Below, in pieces: positions 28,624 through 37,837 of a stretch of DNA of 64,000 nucleotides. Each line of letters begins with the position of its first letter. The stretch's first letter is position 1. This DNA comes from Minisyncoccota bacterium (GTDB lineage Bacteria > Patescibacteriota > Minisyncoccia > Phycocordibacterales > XYD1-FULL-46-19), in assembly GCA_040879645.1 (NCBI GenBank), contig JBBDJY010000013.1, forward strand, positions 30,366 through 94,365, written 5' to 3'. The notes beneath the pieces were generated by a model that saw only the letters and a program-made list of their open reading frames with translations, was not told where the DNA came from and ran no database searches. Made by a program: the position numbers and the translations under genes.

Positions 28624-30054
28624 TTATCTCAGCCAAGGATAGCGTTTTTTAATTTTCTTGAGTTCGGCCGGGTCGATTTTTTGCTGATTGGTGGCTTTTT
28701 CCAAGTCGGAACGAAAAGTCCTCATTTTAGGTAAAGTTGTATCGTTCGGATTAACGGCGGCGGTTTTGGCCGGCGGCGGTTTTGGTATCGGTGACGGGCT
28801 CGTCGCCTTGGTCTCGGCTTTGGTGTTTGGTTTAGGTGTTGGTGCCGATTTTGGTGTGGCCGATGATTCGCTCGAACCATCATCGTCGTCGGTAAATTCT
28901 ACTCTGATTCGAGGGCTCACCCTGGTGGTGGCCGGTGTCTGACCAAGTGGTTGGCGGTTTTCTTTTTGATTGGCGGCCCGCTTTAATTCCAATTGTTTGC
29001 GGACTTCATTTTGCCGTTTGATTTCCATTTCCGCCCGTCGTTTTTGTTCGGCTTTTATTTTTTCCAGCCGTTCATCGTCCTCGGTTTCTTTAACTTTACT
29101 CTCTGCTTGTTTTTTAGTTTCAGCGGCCGCTTGTTTTTGTTTGGCGGCTTCGGCCTTAGCCTTAGCCTCGGCGACGGCTTTTTGTTTGGCGACCAATTCT
29201 CGGCGTTTTAATTCTTCTTCTTCCAATTGATACATCGCCTGTTTTTGCCGTTCTTCTTTTTTCTGTTTGATTTCGGCTTCCAGGGAAATTAATCTGTGGT
29301 CCAAATCAGCCAATTCATTTTCCGCTTGATCTTCTTCTTCCAGTAACTGTTGATAGGTTTTGGTATTATCTTTGATCGCTTCTTCAACTTTTCTTAATTT
29401 TCCCTCCAACTCCCATTTCTTTTTTTCAATTTCTCGTCGTTTGTCTTGAATCGCCCAGCGTTTTTTTTCCACTTCTTGTCGTTCTTCGGGGATGGGGGTG
29501 GTTCGCTCAATCGCTTCCAATTTTGATTCCTCTAATTCCACCGTTTCTTCTTCTTCCAGCATCGGCTCCAATACTTTATTGATATCCGAACGCTTACTGT
29601 CCAAGGCCACCCAATTAATCTCCAGTGATTCTTTCCCAGTTTTTAGGTCGTCTAATTTTTTCCGGATTGATTTTTTTTCCTCTTCAATCTCCCTTTCTTT
29701 TTCTTCCCGTTCTCTTTCAAAAGTTCGTTCCGGTCCTTCCATCACTCGTCGGGCTTCTTCCAATTGTTTTCTAATGTCCATTTCGGATTCATTACCGGAT
29801 TCATCTGTTGTTTTCGGCGCAGGTATTACTTCGGTTTCAGTCGCCGAGCCTTCTGCTTTTACCTCGATTTTAGTAGGGGGATTTTCCGACTCTGGCGCTT
29901 TTTTTTCGTCGGTGATTTCCGGTTTAGTCTTGTCGCTAGCGGCCGAATCAGGGTCACCACCTGCTTGTTTTGGCGAGGGGTTTACCGTTCCCTCAGCCGG
30001 GGCCGATTCTTTTTGCTCGAGGTTTTGCTCGGTTGTTTGAGTTTTTTCGTCCAT
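28624..30054 (-). CDS. Glu/Lys-rich coiled-coil hypothetical protein
   Basis: 476 aa with a long heptad-like core and disordered ends; coupled to the next gene. Confidence 0.75.
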   Translation of the reverse strand: MDEKTQTTEQNLEQKESAPAEGTVNPSPKQAGGDPDSAASDKTKPEITDEKKAPESENPPTKIEVKAEGSATETEVIPAPKTTDESGNESEMDIRKQLEEARRVMEGPERTFEREREEKEREIEEEKKSIRKKLDDLKTGKESLEINWVALDSKRSDINKVLEPMLEEEETVELEESKLEAIERTTPIPEERQEVEKKRWAIQDKRREIEKKKWELEGKLRKVEEAIKDNTKTYQQLLEEEDQAENELADLDHRLISLEAEIKQKKEERQKQAMYQLEEEELKRRELVAKQKAVAEAKAKAEAAKQKQAAAETKKQAESKVKETEDDERLEKIKAEQKRRAEMEIKRQNEVRKQLELKRAANQKENRQPLGQTPATTRVSPRIRVEFTDDDDGSSESSATPKSAPTPKPNTKAETKATSPSPIPKPPPAKTAAVNPNDTTLPKMRTFRSDLEKATNQQKIDPAELKKIKKRYPWLR

Positions 30055-30146
30055 GGGGTTTAAATAAAAAAATTACCGTCAAGTGATCGAGTCGGTCAGT
30101 CGCATGTTTATTATAAAAGTTATTAGTTTGAAGAGCAATCCAAATT

Positions 30147-30178
30147 AAAAATAACGCCACTTAAGTGGCGTTATTTTT
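30147..30178 (-). terminator. Intrinsic terminator of pnp (perfect palindrome)
   Basis: AAAAATAACGCCACTTAAGTGGCGTTATTTTT. Confidence 0.8.
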
Positions 30179-30189
30179 TAAACTTTACT

Positions 30190-32289
30190 TTACTTATTTT
30201 TAAAAAAGTTTTCGTCGGCTCGTTTGATTGACAGACTTAACCGGCCTTTATCATCCCGTTCTTTGACATAAATCGGCACTTGATCCCCGACCTTAACAAA
30301 ATCGGCGACCTGATCAACCCGGAAAGGTGCAAATTCGGATACATGGACCAGGCCTTCGGTGTCTCGGCCAATTTTGACGAAAGCGCCGAAGTCCATTAAC
30401 CGGGTAACTTCACCGGTTAGCTTATCTCCCGATTTGTATTCTCGCACCAGGTCGGCAATAATTTCGGTTGCCCGATTAACACTTTCACCTTTGCCGGTAA
30501 GATAAACTGAACCGTCATCCTCAATACTGATCTCGGCGCCGGTTTCCAGGGTGATTTGTTGAATCATCTTGCCGCCCGGGCCAATGATGGTTCCGATTTT
30601 ATTAACCGGTATTTTCATCAGGGAAATTTGCGGGGCCGATTCCTTAAGTTTTATCCGTGGGGCAGAAATAGCTTTTTGGATGACTGAGAGAATTTCAGTT
30701 CGAGCCTGTTTGGCACCGGTTAAGGCTTCAAGCAAGATCGGCAAAGGAATACCGCCGACTTTAATATCTAACTGCAGGCCGGTAATGCCTTCACCGGTAC
30801 CGGCGACCTTCAAATCCATGTCGCCGTAATGGTCTTCCGGTCCTTGAATGTCGGTTAAGATTTTGTAATTTTCTTTTTCATCTATCATCAGCCCCATGGC
30901 GATACCGGCCACCGGCCGGCTGATCGGCACCCCGCCATCCATTAAAGCCAAACTTGAGCCACAGACTGAACCCATTGAAGATGAACCGTTGGAGGCCATA
31001 ATTTCGGACACCAAACGGATAGTGTAGGGAAAAGTTTCTCGCTTAGGCAGGACCGCCCGCAGGGATTTTTCGGCCAAAGCACCGTGGCCGATAGATCGGC
31101 GACTCATTCCGCCCAAGCGGCCGGTTTCGCCGACGGAAAATGGCGGAAAATTGTAATGATGCATAAAAAACTTTTCGCCTTGAGTTTCCATCCCCTCAAT
31201 CAATTGTGAATCTTTCGGCCCGCTTAAGGTCAGGGTGGTTAAAACGTGAGTACCACCGCGATAAAAAATACCGGTGCCGTGAACCGAATGACTAAAACCG
31301 CCGGCTTCGGCATAAAGTGGCCGAACCTCGTCTAACTTTCGCCCGTCGGCTCGCCGGGAATTTTTTATTGCTTCCTGATGCAGTAAATCATTAACTTCTT
31401 TTTCAAACAATTCAATGGCCGGTCCGACTGACTCGTCCGGATATTTTTCTTTAAACAAGGTCAACCAGTCTTGATTCAGATCCTTAATTTTTTGGCCGGT
31501 ATCGGCAAATACCGCTTGAGCCAGCCCCGGGGAAATTTTTTTGGCGAATAATTCCGGTAAATCAGCTGGTCCGGTTGGTAAGTCGATTTTAGCTTTGCTT
31601 CGGCCCTGTTCGGTAATGATTTTTTTCTGCCAAGTTTCGACCAAAGTCAATTGTTCCAGCGCTTTTCGTAAAGCTTCGGCCATTGTTTCCTCGCTTGATT
31701 CTTCAGCTTCAGCTTCAATCATATTAACCAAGTTGTCTCGGCCACAAACCAAAAGATCAAATTCCTTATCGGCTAATTGATTATAGGTCGGATTGACCAG
31801 TAGATTTTTGTCAGCTTTCTTTCGGCCGATGCGAATGGCTCCAACCGGTCCGTTCCAGGGAATGTCCGAAGTACCGAGAGCTAAAGAGGCGGCAATAATC
31901 GCGGGAATATCGGGGTCGTTTTGTTGATCAAAAGACAAAACGGTAATGATAATCTGAACTTCTCGGCGCAAGCGATGATCAAAAAGCGGTCGAATCGTTC
32001 GGTCAACCACTCGGCTGGTCAAAATCGCTTCTTCCGACGGGCGTCCCTCGCGCTTAATAAAGCGTCCGCCCAAAATTCGGCCGGCGGCATAAAATTTTTC
32101 TTCATAATCAACAGTCAAAGGAAAAAAATCCAAATCGGATTTAGTGGTTCCCGACATAACCGCGGTGGCCAAAACAATGGTGTCACCCAAACTGACCAAA
32201 ACCGAACCATTGGCTTGATCGGCCAAATCACTGAAAACGGCAACCAATTTTTCGCCGTTAATCTCCAGAACATACTCTTTTTTCTTCAT
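30190..32289 (-). CDS. pnp: Polyribonucleotide nucleotidyltransferase
   Basis: FFPLTVDYEEK, RRADGR, HHYNFPPFS, SNGSSSM, DMDLKVAG, then KH and S1 domains. Probable start MKKKEY; the track starts at 32328. Confidence 0.97.
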   Translation of the reverse strand: MKKKEYVLEINGEKLVAVFSDLADQANGSVLVSLGDTIVLATAVMSGTTKSDLDFFPLTVDYEEKFYAAGRILGGRFIKREGRPSEEAILTSRVVDRTIRPLFDHRLRREVQIIITVLSFDQQNDPDIPAIIAASLALGTSDIPWNGPVGAIRIGRKKADKNLLVNPTYNQLADKEFDLLVCGRDNLVNMIEAEAEESSEETMAEALRKALEQLTLVETWQKKIITEQGRSKAKIDLPTGPADLPELFAKKISPGLAQAVFADTGQKIKDLNQDWLTLFKEKYPDESVGPAIELFEKEVNDLLHQEAIKNSRRADGRKLDEVRPLYAEAGGFSHSVHGTGIFYRGGTHVLTTLTLSGPKDSQLIEGMETQGEKFFMHHYNFPPFSVGETGRLGGMSRRSIGHGALAEKSLRAVLPKRETFPYTIRLVSEIMASNGSSSMGSVCGSSLALMDGGVPISRPVAGIAMGLMIDEKENYKILTDIQGPEDHYGDMDLKVAGTGEGITGLQLDIKVGGIPLPILLEALTGAKQARTEILSVIQKAISAPRIKLKESAPQISLMKIPVNKIGTIIGPGGKMIQQITLETGAEISIEDDGSVYLTGKGESVNRATEIIADLVREYKSGDKLTGEVTRLMDFGAFVKIGRDTEGLVHVSEFAPFRVDQVADFVKVGDQVPIYVKERDDKGRLSLSIKRADENFFKNK

Positions 32290-32453
32290 ATTTATATTAA
32301 CTTGATTCGGGATAGAGTCCCTCATCATTTTTGGCTCGGGGGACAGAATTCGCCGGAGTGGCCTATCTGTCCGTTCGCGAGCGACGCTGATAATTTACTT
32401 TAAACTTACCACAAAAATATCTGCGGTAAAGAGGGCGTTCTTAATTTTTAAAT

Positions 32454-32582
32454 ATTGTTTTGTCAGACTTCAGAAGTTTGACAGAAAAGTTTGACAGATA
32501 GGCTTTTTTTCAGACCGAGGTTTAACCTCGGTCCGGACCCATTGTTTTGTCAAACTTCAGAAGTTTGACAGAAGTTTGACAG
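32454..32582. repeat. REP/BIME-like palindrome cluster
   Basis: Two copies of ATTGTTTTGTCARACTTCAGAAGTTTGACAG.., at 32454 and 32541, flank the palindrome GACCGAGGTTTAACCTCGGTC at 32513-32533. Confidence 0.8.
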
Positions 32583-32759
32583 GTTTTTTCATTTTGGTTT
32601 AACTCCCCCTTATTCAAACCGGTTGATTTGTGACCGGTGCCGGCGGCTAACTGTCTTCGGAAACTTTTCAGTTTTAGACTAAACAAAAAGCCGGTTAATC
32701 CGTCAACGGACTAACCGGCGAGCCGGAATGATAGACCGGCGGTTGGCGATAATTTGTTT

Positions 32760-33068
32760 TTAAGGAGTCCCCTTGTCAGTGTCGATGAGATTACACAGCT
32801 CATCAATGGTGAAAACCGGAAGGATATAGCCAAGATCCCGACATTTTTTCCTGATCAAATCAAGGGTTGCTTGGTACTCATCTTCCTTCTTGGTCAGAAG
32901 ACGGGCGTCACTTTTTCGGCGATGCCTCAATTGCGCCAAGTCTTGGTCGCATCGAACTTGCCGTAACCGGACGGCAGCCAATCCAAGTTTTCGCCATAAC
33001 CGCTCACTCTCGGCATCAGTGTTCTTTAAATTCCAGAACGACTGAATATCTAAAGTAAAACCGTTCAC
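32760..33068 (-). CDS. Hypothetical protein
   Basis: Probable GTG start at 33068, right after the upstream stop and preceded by GAAAGGGAAG. The track start at 33182 overlaps the upstream gene. A hairpin follows at about 32690-32719. Confidence 0.45.
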   Translation of the reverse strand: MNGFTLDIQSFWNLKNTDAESERLWRKLGLAAVRLRQVRCDQDLAQLRHRRKSDARLLTKKEDEYQATLDLIRKKCRDLGYILPVFTIDELCNLIDTDKGTP

Positions 33069-33070
33069 CG

Positions 33071-33565
33071 CTACTTCCCTTTCGTTTTTGTCCGGCGGGC
33101 AATATCTTTGTTGATGATATCGATAACACTTTTTGCCCACTCGGTTATTTCTTTCCTCTCTAATCCTACCACACGTCTCCATTGATTGTCAATTTTATGA
33201 TTTCGACAGTAGCGAGAAAAGGCATTCAGGCAAGAAATCAGCGAATCATGAGCCCGCCTGCGACTTTCGTCTTTTTCCTCCAGATTGGTTGGAGTATCTT
33301 TGGCCAGTTTTGCTTCCGACAATTTGTCGATTTTCTTAATATATGAAATGGTCGCAGCTATTACATCTTCGAGAAGTTGGTTTGCTTGTGAGTCGCCGGC
33401 CGCGGCATTCTTCATATCCAGATAAGCGTTTACTGCCCATTCTTTATTATCGGTCGGGTCTTTTTCCGTTTGACTGGTTTCTTTGGCGGGGTACTCTTTA
33501 TGCTCCGCTCCGTGTTCATTTTTGGCGAGATCGGACCAAAGTCCTTCCAAAAAAGAGTCTTTCAT
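33071..33565 (-). CDS. Helical hypothetical protein (DUF3232-like)
   Basis: DESRRRAHDSLISCLNAFSR pattern. The family assignment is from memory of the motif only. Confidence 0.55.
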   Translation of the reverse strand: MKDSFLEGLWSDLAKNEHGAEHKEYPAKETSQTEKDPTDNKEWAVNAYLDMKNAAAGDSQANQLLEDVIAATISYIKKIDKLSEAKLAKDTPTNLEEKDESRRRAHDSLISCLNAFSRYCRNHKIDNQWRRVVGLERKEITEWAKSVIDIINKDIARRTKTKGK

Positions 33566-33567
33566 AA

Positions 33568-34113
33568 TTAAGTGGTTGGCGCGGTTTTGCGCGTTGTCCG
33601 TTGGGGGCGATAATTAATTAAATATTTCTTGGGATTGGTATCCAAGTCAAAAAAATCATCAGCCGCCTCTTTGAGTTTACCGGAAGCGCTTTTGCCAAAA
33701 GAAATTATTTCCACTTGGCAACCGAGATCTTGCAGATATTCAACTAAGGGAATAAAATCGCCATCGCCGGACATAATGATAACCACGTCCAATTTATTGG
33801 CTTGTTTGATGGTATCAACAGCCAGACCGACATCCCAGTCGGCTTTTTTTGCTCCACCCAAGAAAACTTGCAAGTCTTTGGTTTTAATTTCAATCCCGAT
33901 ATTTTGCATGGCGGTAAAGAACGGTCGTTCTTCCCCGCTTTCGGTATTGACGACATAGGCTCTGGCCCTGATCAAATTTCGACTGCCGACGGCGTCTTTT
34001 AAGATGGCACCAAAATTAACTCGACAGTGATAAAGGTTCTTGGCGCTATGATAAAGGTTTTGCGTGTCAATAAAAATGCCGACACGCTGGCTTTTATGTT
34101 TAATAACAGGCAT
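33568..34113 (-). CDS. NYN domain (LabA/DUF88, PIN-like) protein
   Basis: Motifs IFIDTQNL, KKADWDV and SGDGDFIPL. Confidence 0.92.
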   Translation of the reverse strand: MPVIKHKSQRVGIFIDTQNLYHSAKNLYHCRVNFGAILKDAVGSRNLIRARAYVVNTESGEERPFFTAMQNIGIEIKTKDLQVFLGGAKKADWDVGLAVDTIKQANKLDVVIIMSGDGDFIPLVEYLQDLGCQVEIISFGKSASGKLKEAADDFFDLDTNPKKYLINYRPQRTTRKTAPTT

Positions 34114-34214
34114 AAAAAAATATTAAAATGTAAAATAACCACCCTCATCCAGATTATAGCAAATCACATCAGATTTGTTTTATTTTTTCAAAATCGACAG
34201 GATGGAGTCCCCAC

Positions 34215-34487
34215 TTATGACTTGACCTCAGCGTCTTTTAGTTTTTCGGCTTTGTCGTCCGCTTTCTTTTTCTTCTCTTCAAGAAACTTCAAATGAGCCC
34301 GTCGTTTGGAAACAAGCTTAAGTAAGCCACGACGAGAGTGGTGATCTTTGGCGTTTTTCTTTAAGTGGCCGGTCAGTTCTTTGATTCTTTCCGTCAGAAT
34401 TGCTACCTGGACTTCCGAAGAGCCGGTATCAGTATCATTGATGCCGGTTTTTTTGATGATTGTTTGCTTCTTTTTGGTTGTGAGCAT
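34215..34487 (-). CDS. rpsO: 30S ribosomal protein S15
   Basis: Motifs [13 protein letters not shown] and [13 protein letters not shown]. Confidence 0.97.
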   Translation of the reverse strand: MLTTKKKQTIIKKTGINDTDTGSSEVQVAILTERIKELTGHLKKNAKDHHSRRGLLKLVSKRRAHLKFLEEKKKKADDKAEKLKDAEVKS

Positions 34488-34652
34488 GGCTTGATAGTAG
34501 CATTTTTAGCCATTTCTTGCAAGGGCCGAGCTTACTTAAAGTTATTTGATTTCCTCATTAGTCAAAATACTGTTTATTTACAAGGGTTTATTCCGAAAGA
34601 CTAATTTTTTCTTTTAATTACTCTAACTATGTTATAATATTGTGCGACACAT

Positions 34653-35558
34653 ATGACCGAAATTCAAAGTCTAAAAACCAAATTTTTGGAATATCTGGAA
34701 ATTGAAAAAGGCCGGAGTTTAAAAACGGTGGAAAACTACGACCGTTATTTAAATCGGTTTTTTAATCAGGCTAAAATCAAACAAGCTGAAGATATTACCG
34801 ATGAGGCGGTGCGGGAATTCCGTTTGTGGCTTAATCGCCAACCGGGGACTTTGGGGGCCGAAACAATGAAAAAGAGCACACAAAATTATTATCTCATTGC
34901 TTTGCGCTCATTTTTGAAATATTTGGCCAAACAAAAAATTACCTCGCTTTCGCCGGAGCGGATTGAATTGGCTAAAACCCCGGGCCGGCAACTGGATTTA
35001 ATCAGTGAAGAAGAGTTAAATCGCCTACTTGAAGCCCCGGTCGGACAGACGGAAAAAGTGTTGCGGGATAAGGCGATTTTGGAGCTTTTATTCTCTACCG
35101 GTTTGCGAGTATCAGAGTTATGCAGTCTAAATATTGATACGGTTGATTTAAAACAAGATGAATTTTCCATTCGTGGTAAAGGCGAAAAAGTCAGATTAGT
35201 CTTTTTGTCGACTGAAGCCAAAACCTCATTGATAGCCTATTTACAAGCTCGCAAAGATATGGAGGAACCACTTTTTGTCGGCCAAGATCGATCCGGCCAG
35301 CCTCGGCGTTTAACTCCCCGGAGTATTGAGCGAATTGTTAAACACTATGCGATTGTCGCCGGCATTTCTCGTAAGGTTACACCCCATATTATCCGACATA
35401 GTTTTGCCACTGATCTTTTGCGAGGCGGAGCTGATATTCGTTCGGTCCAATTAATGCTTGGTCATGCCAATGTGGCGACAACTCAAGTTTATACTCATGT
35501 TACCGACCGACAATTAAAAGAAATGCACCGTCATTTTCACGGCAAGAGTCGCCACTAA
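34653..35558 (+). CDS. XerC/XerD-like tyrosine recombinase
   Basis: N-terminal SAM-like domain. Catalytic residues R (GLRVSEL), K (GKG), HxxR (HIIRHS), H (LGH) and Y (TQVYTH). Confidence 0.92.
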   Translation: MTEIQSLKTKFLEYLEIEKGRSLKTVENYDRYLNRFFNQAKIKQAEDITDEAVREFRLWLNRQPGTLGAETMKKSTQNYYLIALRSFLKYLAKQKITSLSPERIELAKTPGRQLDLISEEELNRLLEAPVGQTEKVLRDKAILELLFSTGLRVSELCSLNIDTVDLKQDEFSIRGKGEKVRLVFLSTEAKTSLIAYLQARKDMEEPLFVGQDRSGQPRRLTPRSIERIVKHYAIVAGISRKVTPHIIRHSFATDLLRGGADIRSVQLMLGHANVATTQVYTHVTDRQLKEMHRHFHGKSRH

Positions 35559-35574
35559 TCTAAAGGACAAAAAG

Positions 35575-35620
35575 TTATCCACAGTTAAAATTTGTCCTTT
35601 ATCATGTCCGATAGTAGAAT
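35575..35620 (+). promoter_or_regulatory. DnaA box followed by a sigma70-type promoter
   Basis: TTATCCACA at 35575-35583, -35 TTGTCC at 35592-35597, a 17-nt spacer, and -10 TAGAAT at 35615-35620. Confidence 0.65.
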
Positions 35621-35626
35621 AGTAAT

Positions 35627-35753
35627 TAGATATGATTTGGTCTTAATCGGACTTGTATTGTCAGCCAAGTCCAGCTGAAAATTAATCTCCACCTTTCAGC
35701 CCTTAGCTGAACACACTGGTCCAAGCCCGCCTACTGTCACGGCGGGCTTTTTT
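35627..35753 (+). ncRNA. Candidate small structured RNA of about 125 nt, family unknown
   Basis: Has its own promoter, stems GGACTTG/CAAGTCC and GCTGAAA/TTTCAGC, and terminator GCCCGCC-loop-GGCGGGC-T6. The only ATG-started reading on this strand stops after 4 codons. Confidence 0.5.
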
Positions 35754-35761
35754 GTTTATGT

Positions 35762-35788
35762 AAAAACCCGACTGTTCGTCGGGTTTTT
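35762..35788 (-). terminator. Terminator of the CCA-enzyme gene (potentially bidirectional)
   Basis: AAAAACCCGAC-TGTTC-GTCGGGTTTTT. Confidence 0.75.
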
Positions 35789-35811
35789 ATCGGTTTCACG
35801 ATTAACAAAGA

Positions 35812-37290
35812 TTACCTTACTCCGTGCTTCTTTCTGATTTTAGCCAATTCCTCCGCTTCTTTCTTGTTTTTCTCTTGTTTGCCGCTCTCGCCTAGCTCTT
35901 TGAGCTCATCATTGGTTAATTTAGCTAATTCCTCGGCTTTAGCTTGGAGGTATTCGGCCTTATTCTTAGTCGGGTCGGTTAAAACTTCATCTAGTAAGGC
36001 GTGGAGAATAAAACCAATCTTGGGACCGGGTTTCACGTTTAACAGCTTAATTAGATCATTACCGTCTATTTTCAGCATTCCGACGGAAGTCGGATCTCGC
36101 AGGGCTTCATCAATCATTGACTCGTATTTTCTCAAGCGATAGGGATTTTCTTTTGGTCGGCCCATCCCGATTCGGTCGCAAGCCCGGACTTTCATTAAAT
36201 CCCAAACAGCCTCCGGTCCGACTTTACTTATTATCCGCCTAACCGCTGACAGGGTGATTTGTTCAATATCGCTGAAAAACATATGGTTTCTGACCAGTTT
36301 CACGATTAACATCGTCTCTTTGGTCGGAAATTTCAGTCTGGTTAGTATTTTTTCAGTCAAACGGGCACTGACTACCTCGTGGCCGTAAAAGGTATAATCC
36401 CCTTTCTCATTATCTCGGCGCTTGGTTTTAGGCTTACCGATATCGTGAAATAAGGCGGCTAAACGGATTACCAGAGGCCAGTTACGATTAGCGGCATGTT
36501 GCATTGCTCTTAATGAATGTTCCCAGACATCGTAAATATGGTTTTTGTTCTGTCCAACGCCGATAGCGGCACTTAATTCCGGCATTATTTGTTTCAAAAC
36601 GCCGGTTTCGGCCATTAAAAGGTAGCCGTCCTTTGGTTGGGCTGATTCGGTTATACGTGAAACCTCATTTCTTATCCGTTCGACTGAAATATCTTTTAAT
36701 AAGTGGACATTTTCCTTTATCGCTTGTTTTAGGTCTCGGTTAATCATGAAACCCAGTTCTACTGATAAGCGGATAGCTCGCAGTATCCTTAAAGGATCCT
36801 CACTTATTCTTTCAGCCGGTTGACCGACGGCCCTGATGGTTTTGTCCTTTATGTCTTTTATACCGTCATAAAGGTCAACAATAGAATTGTCCTTTTCTCT
36901 ATAGGACAAGGCATTAATGGTAAAATCTCGTCTTTTAAGATCGTCCTCAAGTTTGTCACTGAAAGTTACTTCATCAGGATGTCTTTTATCGGAATAGGTC
37001 GCTTCGGTCCTAAAAGGAGTTACCTCCACTTGACCCAATGATTCTTTATTTGTTTCTTTATTGACAATCGTTACTGTGCCGAAACGATTTTCGTAGATTG
37101 TTTTATCAAATAAAGAAATAATCTCTTCCGGTTTGGCATTGGTGGTAATATCCCAATCTTTAGGTTCCCGACCGATCATTAAATCCCGAACACAACCACC
37201 GACCAAATAAGCTAAATAACCCTTATTTTCAAGGGTTTTGGTTATTGTTGTAATTTCTGTCGGGATGTCAAATTTTGGATTCATGGACAA
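35812..37290 (-). CDS. cca: CCA tRNA nucleotidyltransferase with HD domain
   Basis: Motifs LVGGCVRD, DWD, RRDFTINA, EDPLRILRA and HDIGK. Confidence 0.93.
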   Translation of the reverse strand: MSMNPKFDIPTEITTITKTLENKGYLAYLVGGCVRDLMIGREPKDWDITTNAKPEEIISLFDKTIYENRFGTVTIVNKETNKESLGQVEVTPFRTEATYSDKRHPDEVTFSDKLEDDLKRRDFTINALSYREKDNSIVDLYDGIKDIKDKTIRAVGQPAERISEDPLRILRAIRLSVELGFMINRDLKQAIKENVHLLKDISVERIRNEVSRITESAQPKDGYLLMAETGVLKQIMPELSAAIGVGQNKNHIYDVWEHSLRAMQHAANRNWPLVIRLAALFHDIGKPKTKRRDNEKGDYTFYGHEVVSARLTEKILTRLKFPTKETMLIVKLVRNHMFFSDIEQITLSAVRRIISKVGPEAVWDLMKVRACDRIGMGRPKENPYRLRKYESMIDEALRDPTSVGMLKIDGNDLIKLLNVKPGPKIGFILHALLDEVLTDPTKNKAEYLQAKAEELAKLTNDELKELGESGKQEKNKKEAEELAKIRKKHGVR

Positions 37291-37346
37291 AGTGTAACTT
37301 AAATTTTGATATTTTCCCAGTTTTGTTGTATTTTAAGTAAGCAGTT

Positions 37347-37419
37347 GCACCCGTGGCTCAAAGGATAGAGCGTCTGGCTTCGGACCAGAAGGTTGGGGGT
37401 TCGAGTCCCTCCGGGTGCA
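37347..37419 (+). tRNA. tRNA-Arg(TCG)
   Basis: Acceptor stem GCACCCG/CGGGTGC, anticodon arm TCTGG-CTTCGGA-CCAGA, T-loop TTCGAGT. Confidence 0.95.
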
Positions 37420-37513
37420 CAAAATTAAAACAAAACATTAAAATCAAAGTCGCCTAAATCAAAGGTTACTCGTTTAAGAAAATAATCATTGTCACCTGAA
37501 ACTCCGTTTCAGT

Positions 37514-37766
37514 CTCGTTATTTTGTGCGGGTAGGGAGAATCGGTGTCAGCTCACCGCGCTATAATTGTTCGCTCATTCTTTGCTCCTAAGTTGAGTTTT
37601 GAAAAGCTCCAAGTCTTCGCTTTCCAACTACCCGGACTCTCCCTCCCCAGTTTTGTATTTTGGAATTTTCTAATTCCAAAACTGGAGAGGGATGCGCCTT
37701 TCGCTTCTCCCTACCCCTAAGACAAAATATAGTCGTCCAATACTCTGTATTGTCCTCGTTATTTTG
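37514..37766 (-). mobile_element. tRNA-Gly(GCC) 3'-linked structured element with a duplicated tRNA 3' end (241-bp period)
   Basis: 30-bp direct repeat 37514-37543 = 37755-37784. Contains an antisense copy of the T-arm and motifs shared with the tRNA-Pro element. Mobility is inferred. Confidence 0.6.
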
Positions 37767-37795
37767 TGCGGGTAGGGAGAATCGAACTCCCGTCT
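37705..37795. repeat. 91-bp exact direct repeat, copy 1 (copy 2 at 41635-41725)
   Basis: The tRNA-Gly 3' part plus 62 nt of trailer is identical at both tRNA-Gly genes. Confidence 0.92.
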
Positions 37796-37837
37796 TATCC
37801 ATGGCAAGGATACGTCATACCACTAAACTATACCCGC
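37767..37837 (-). tRNA. tRNA-Gly(GCC)
   Basis: Minus strand reads GCGGGTA...TATCC-TTGCCAT-GGATA...GTTCGATTC...TACCCGCA. Confidence 0.95.

Noticed and set aside
29492-30040. Long antisense ORFs (also 7345-7938, 11420-11890, 54102-54602, 58764-59474 and many shorter ones)
   Set aside because: These are shadow frames opposite well-supported genes, with antisense-typical composition and no motifs.
32454-32582. CRISPR mini-array
   Set aside because: Only two palindromic copies with extra half-sites, and the intervening DNA is itself a palindrome. This fits a REP-like cluster better.
34653-35558. Prophage or ICE integrase defining an island
   Set aside because: XerC/D-like size, flanked by core genes (rpsO, cca), with no phage genes. 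A role at the tRNA elements cannot be excluded but is unsupported.
35627-35753. SRP RNA, tmRNA or a tRNA
   Set aside because: No SRP helix-8 motif, no T-loop or acceptor stem, and too short for tmRNA. Kept only as an unknown sRNA candidate.
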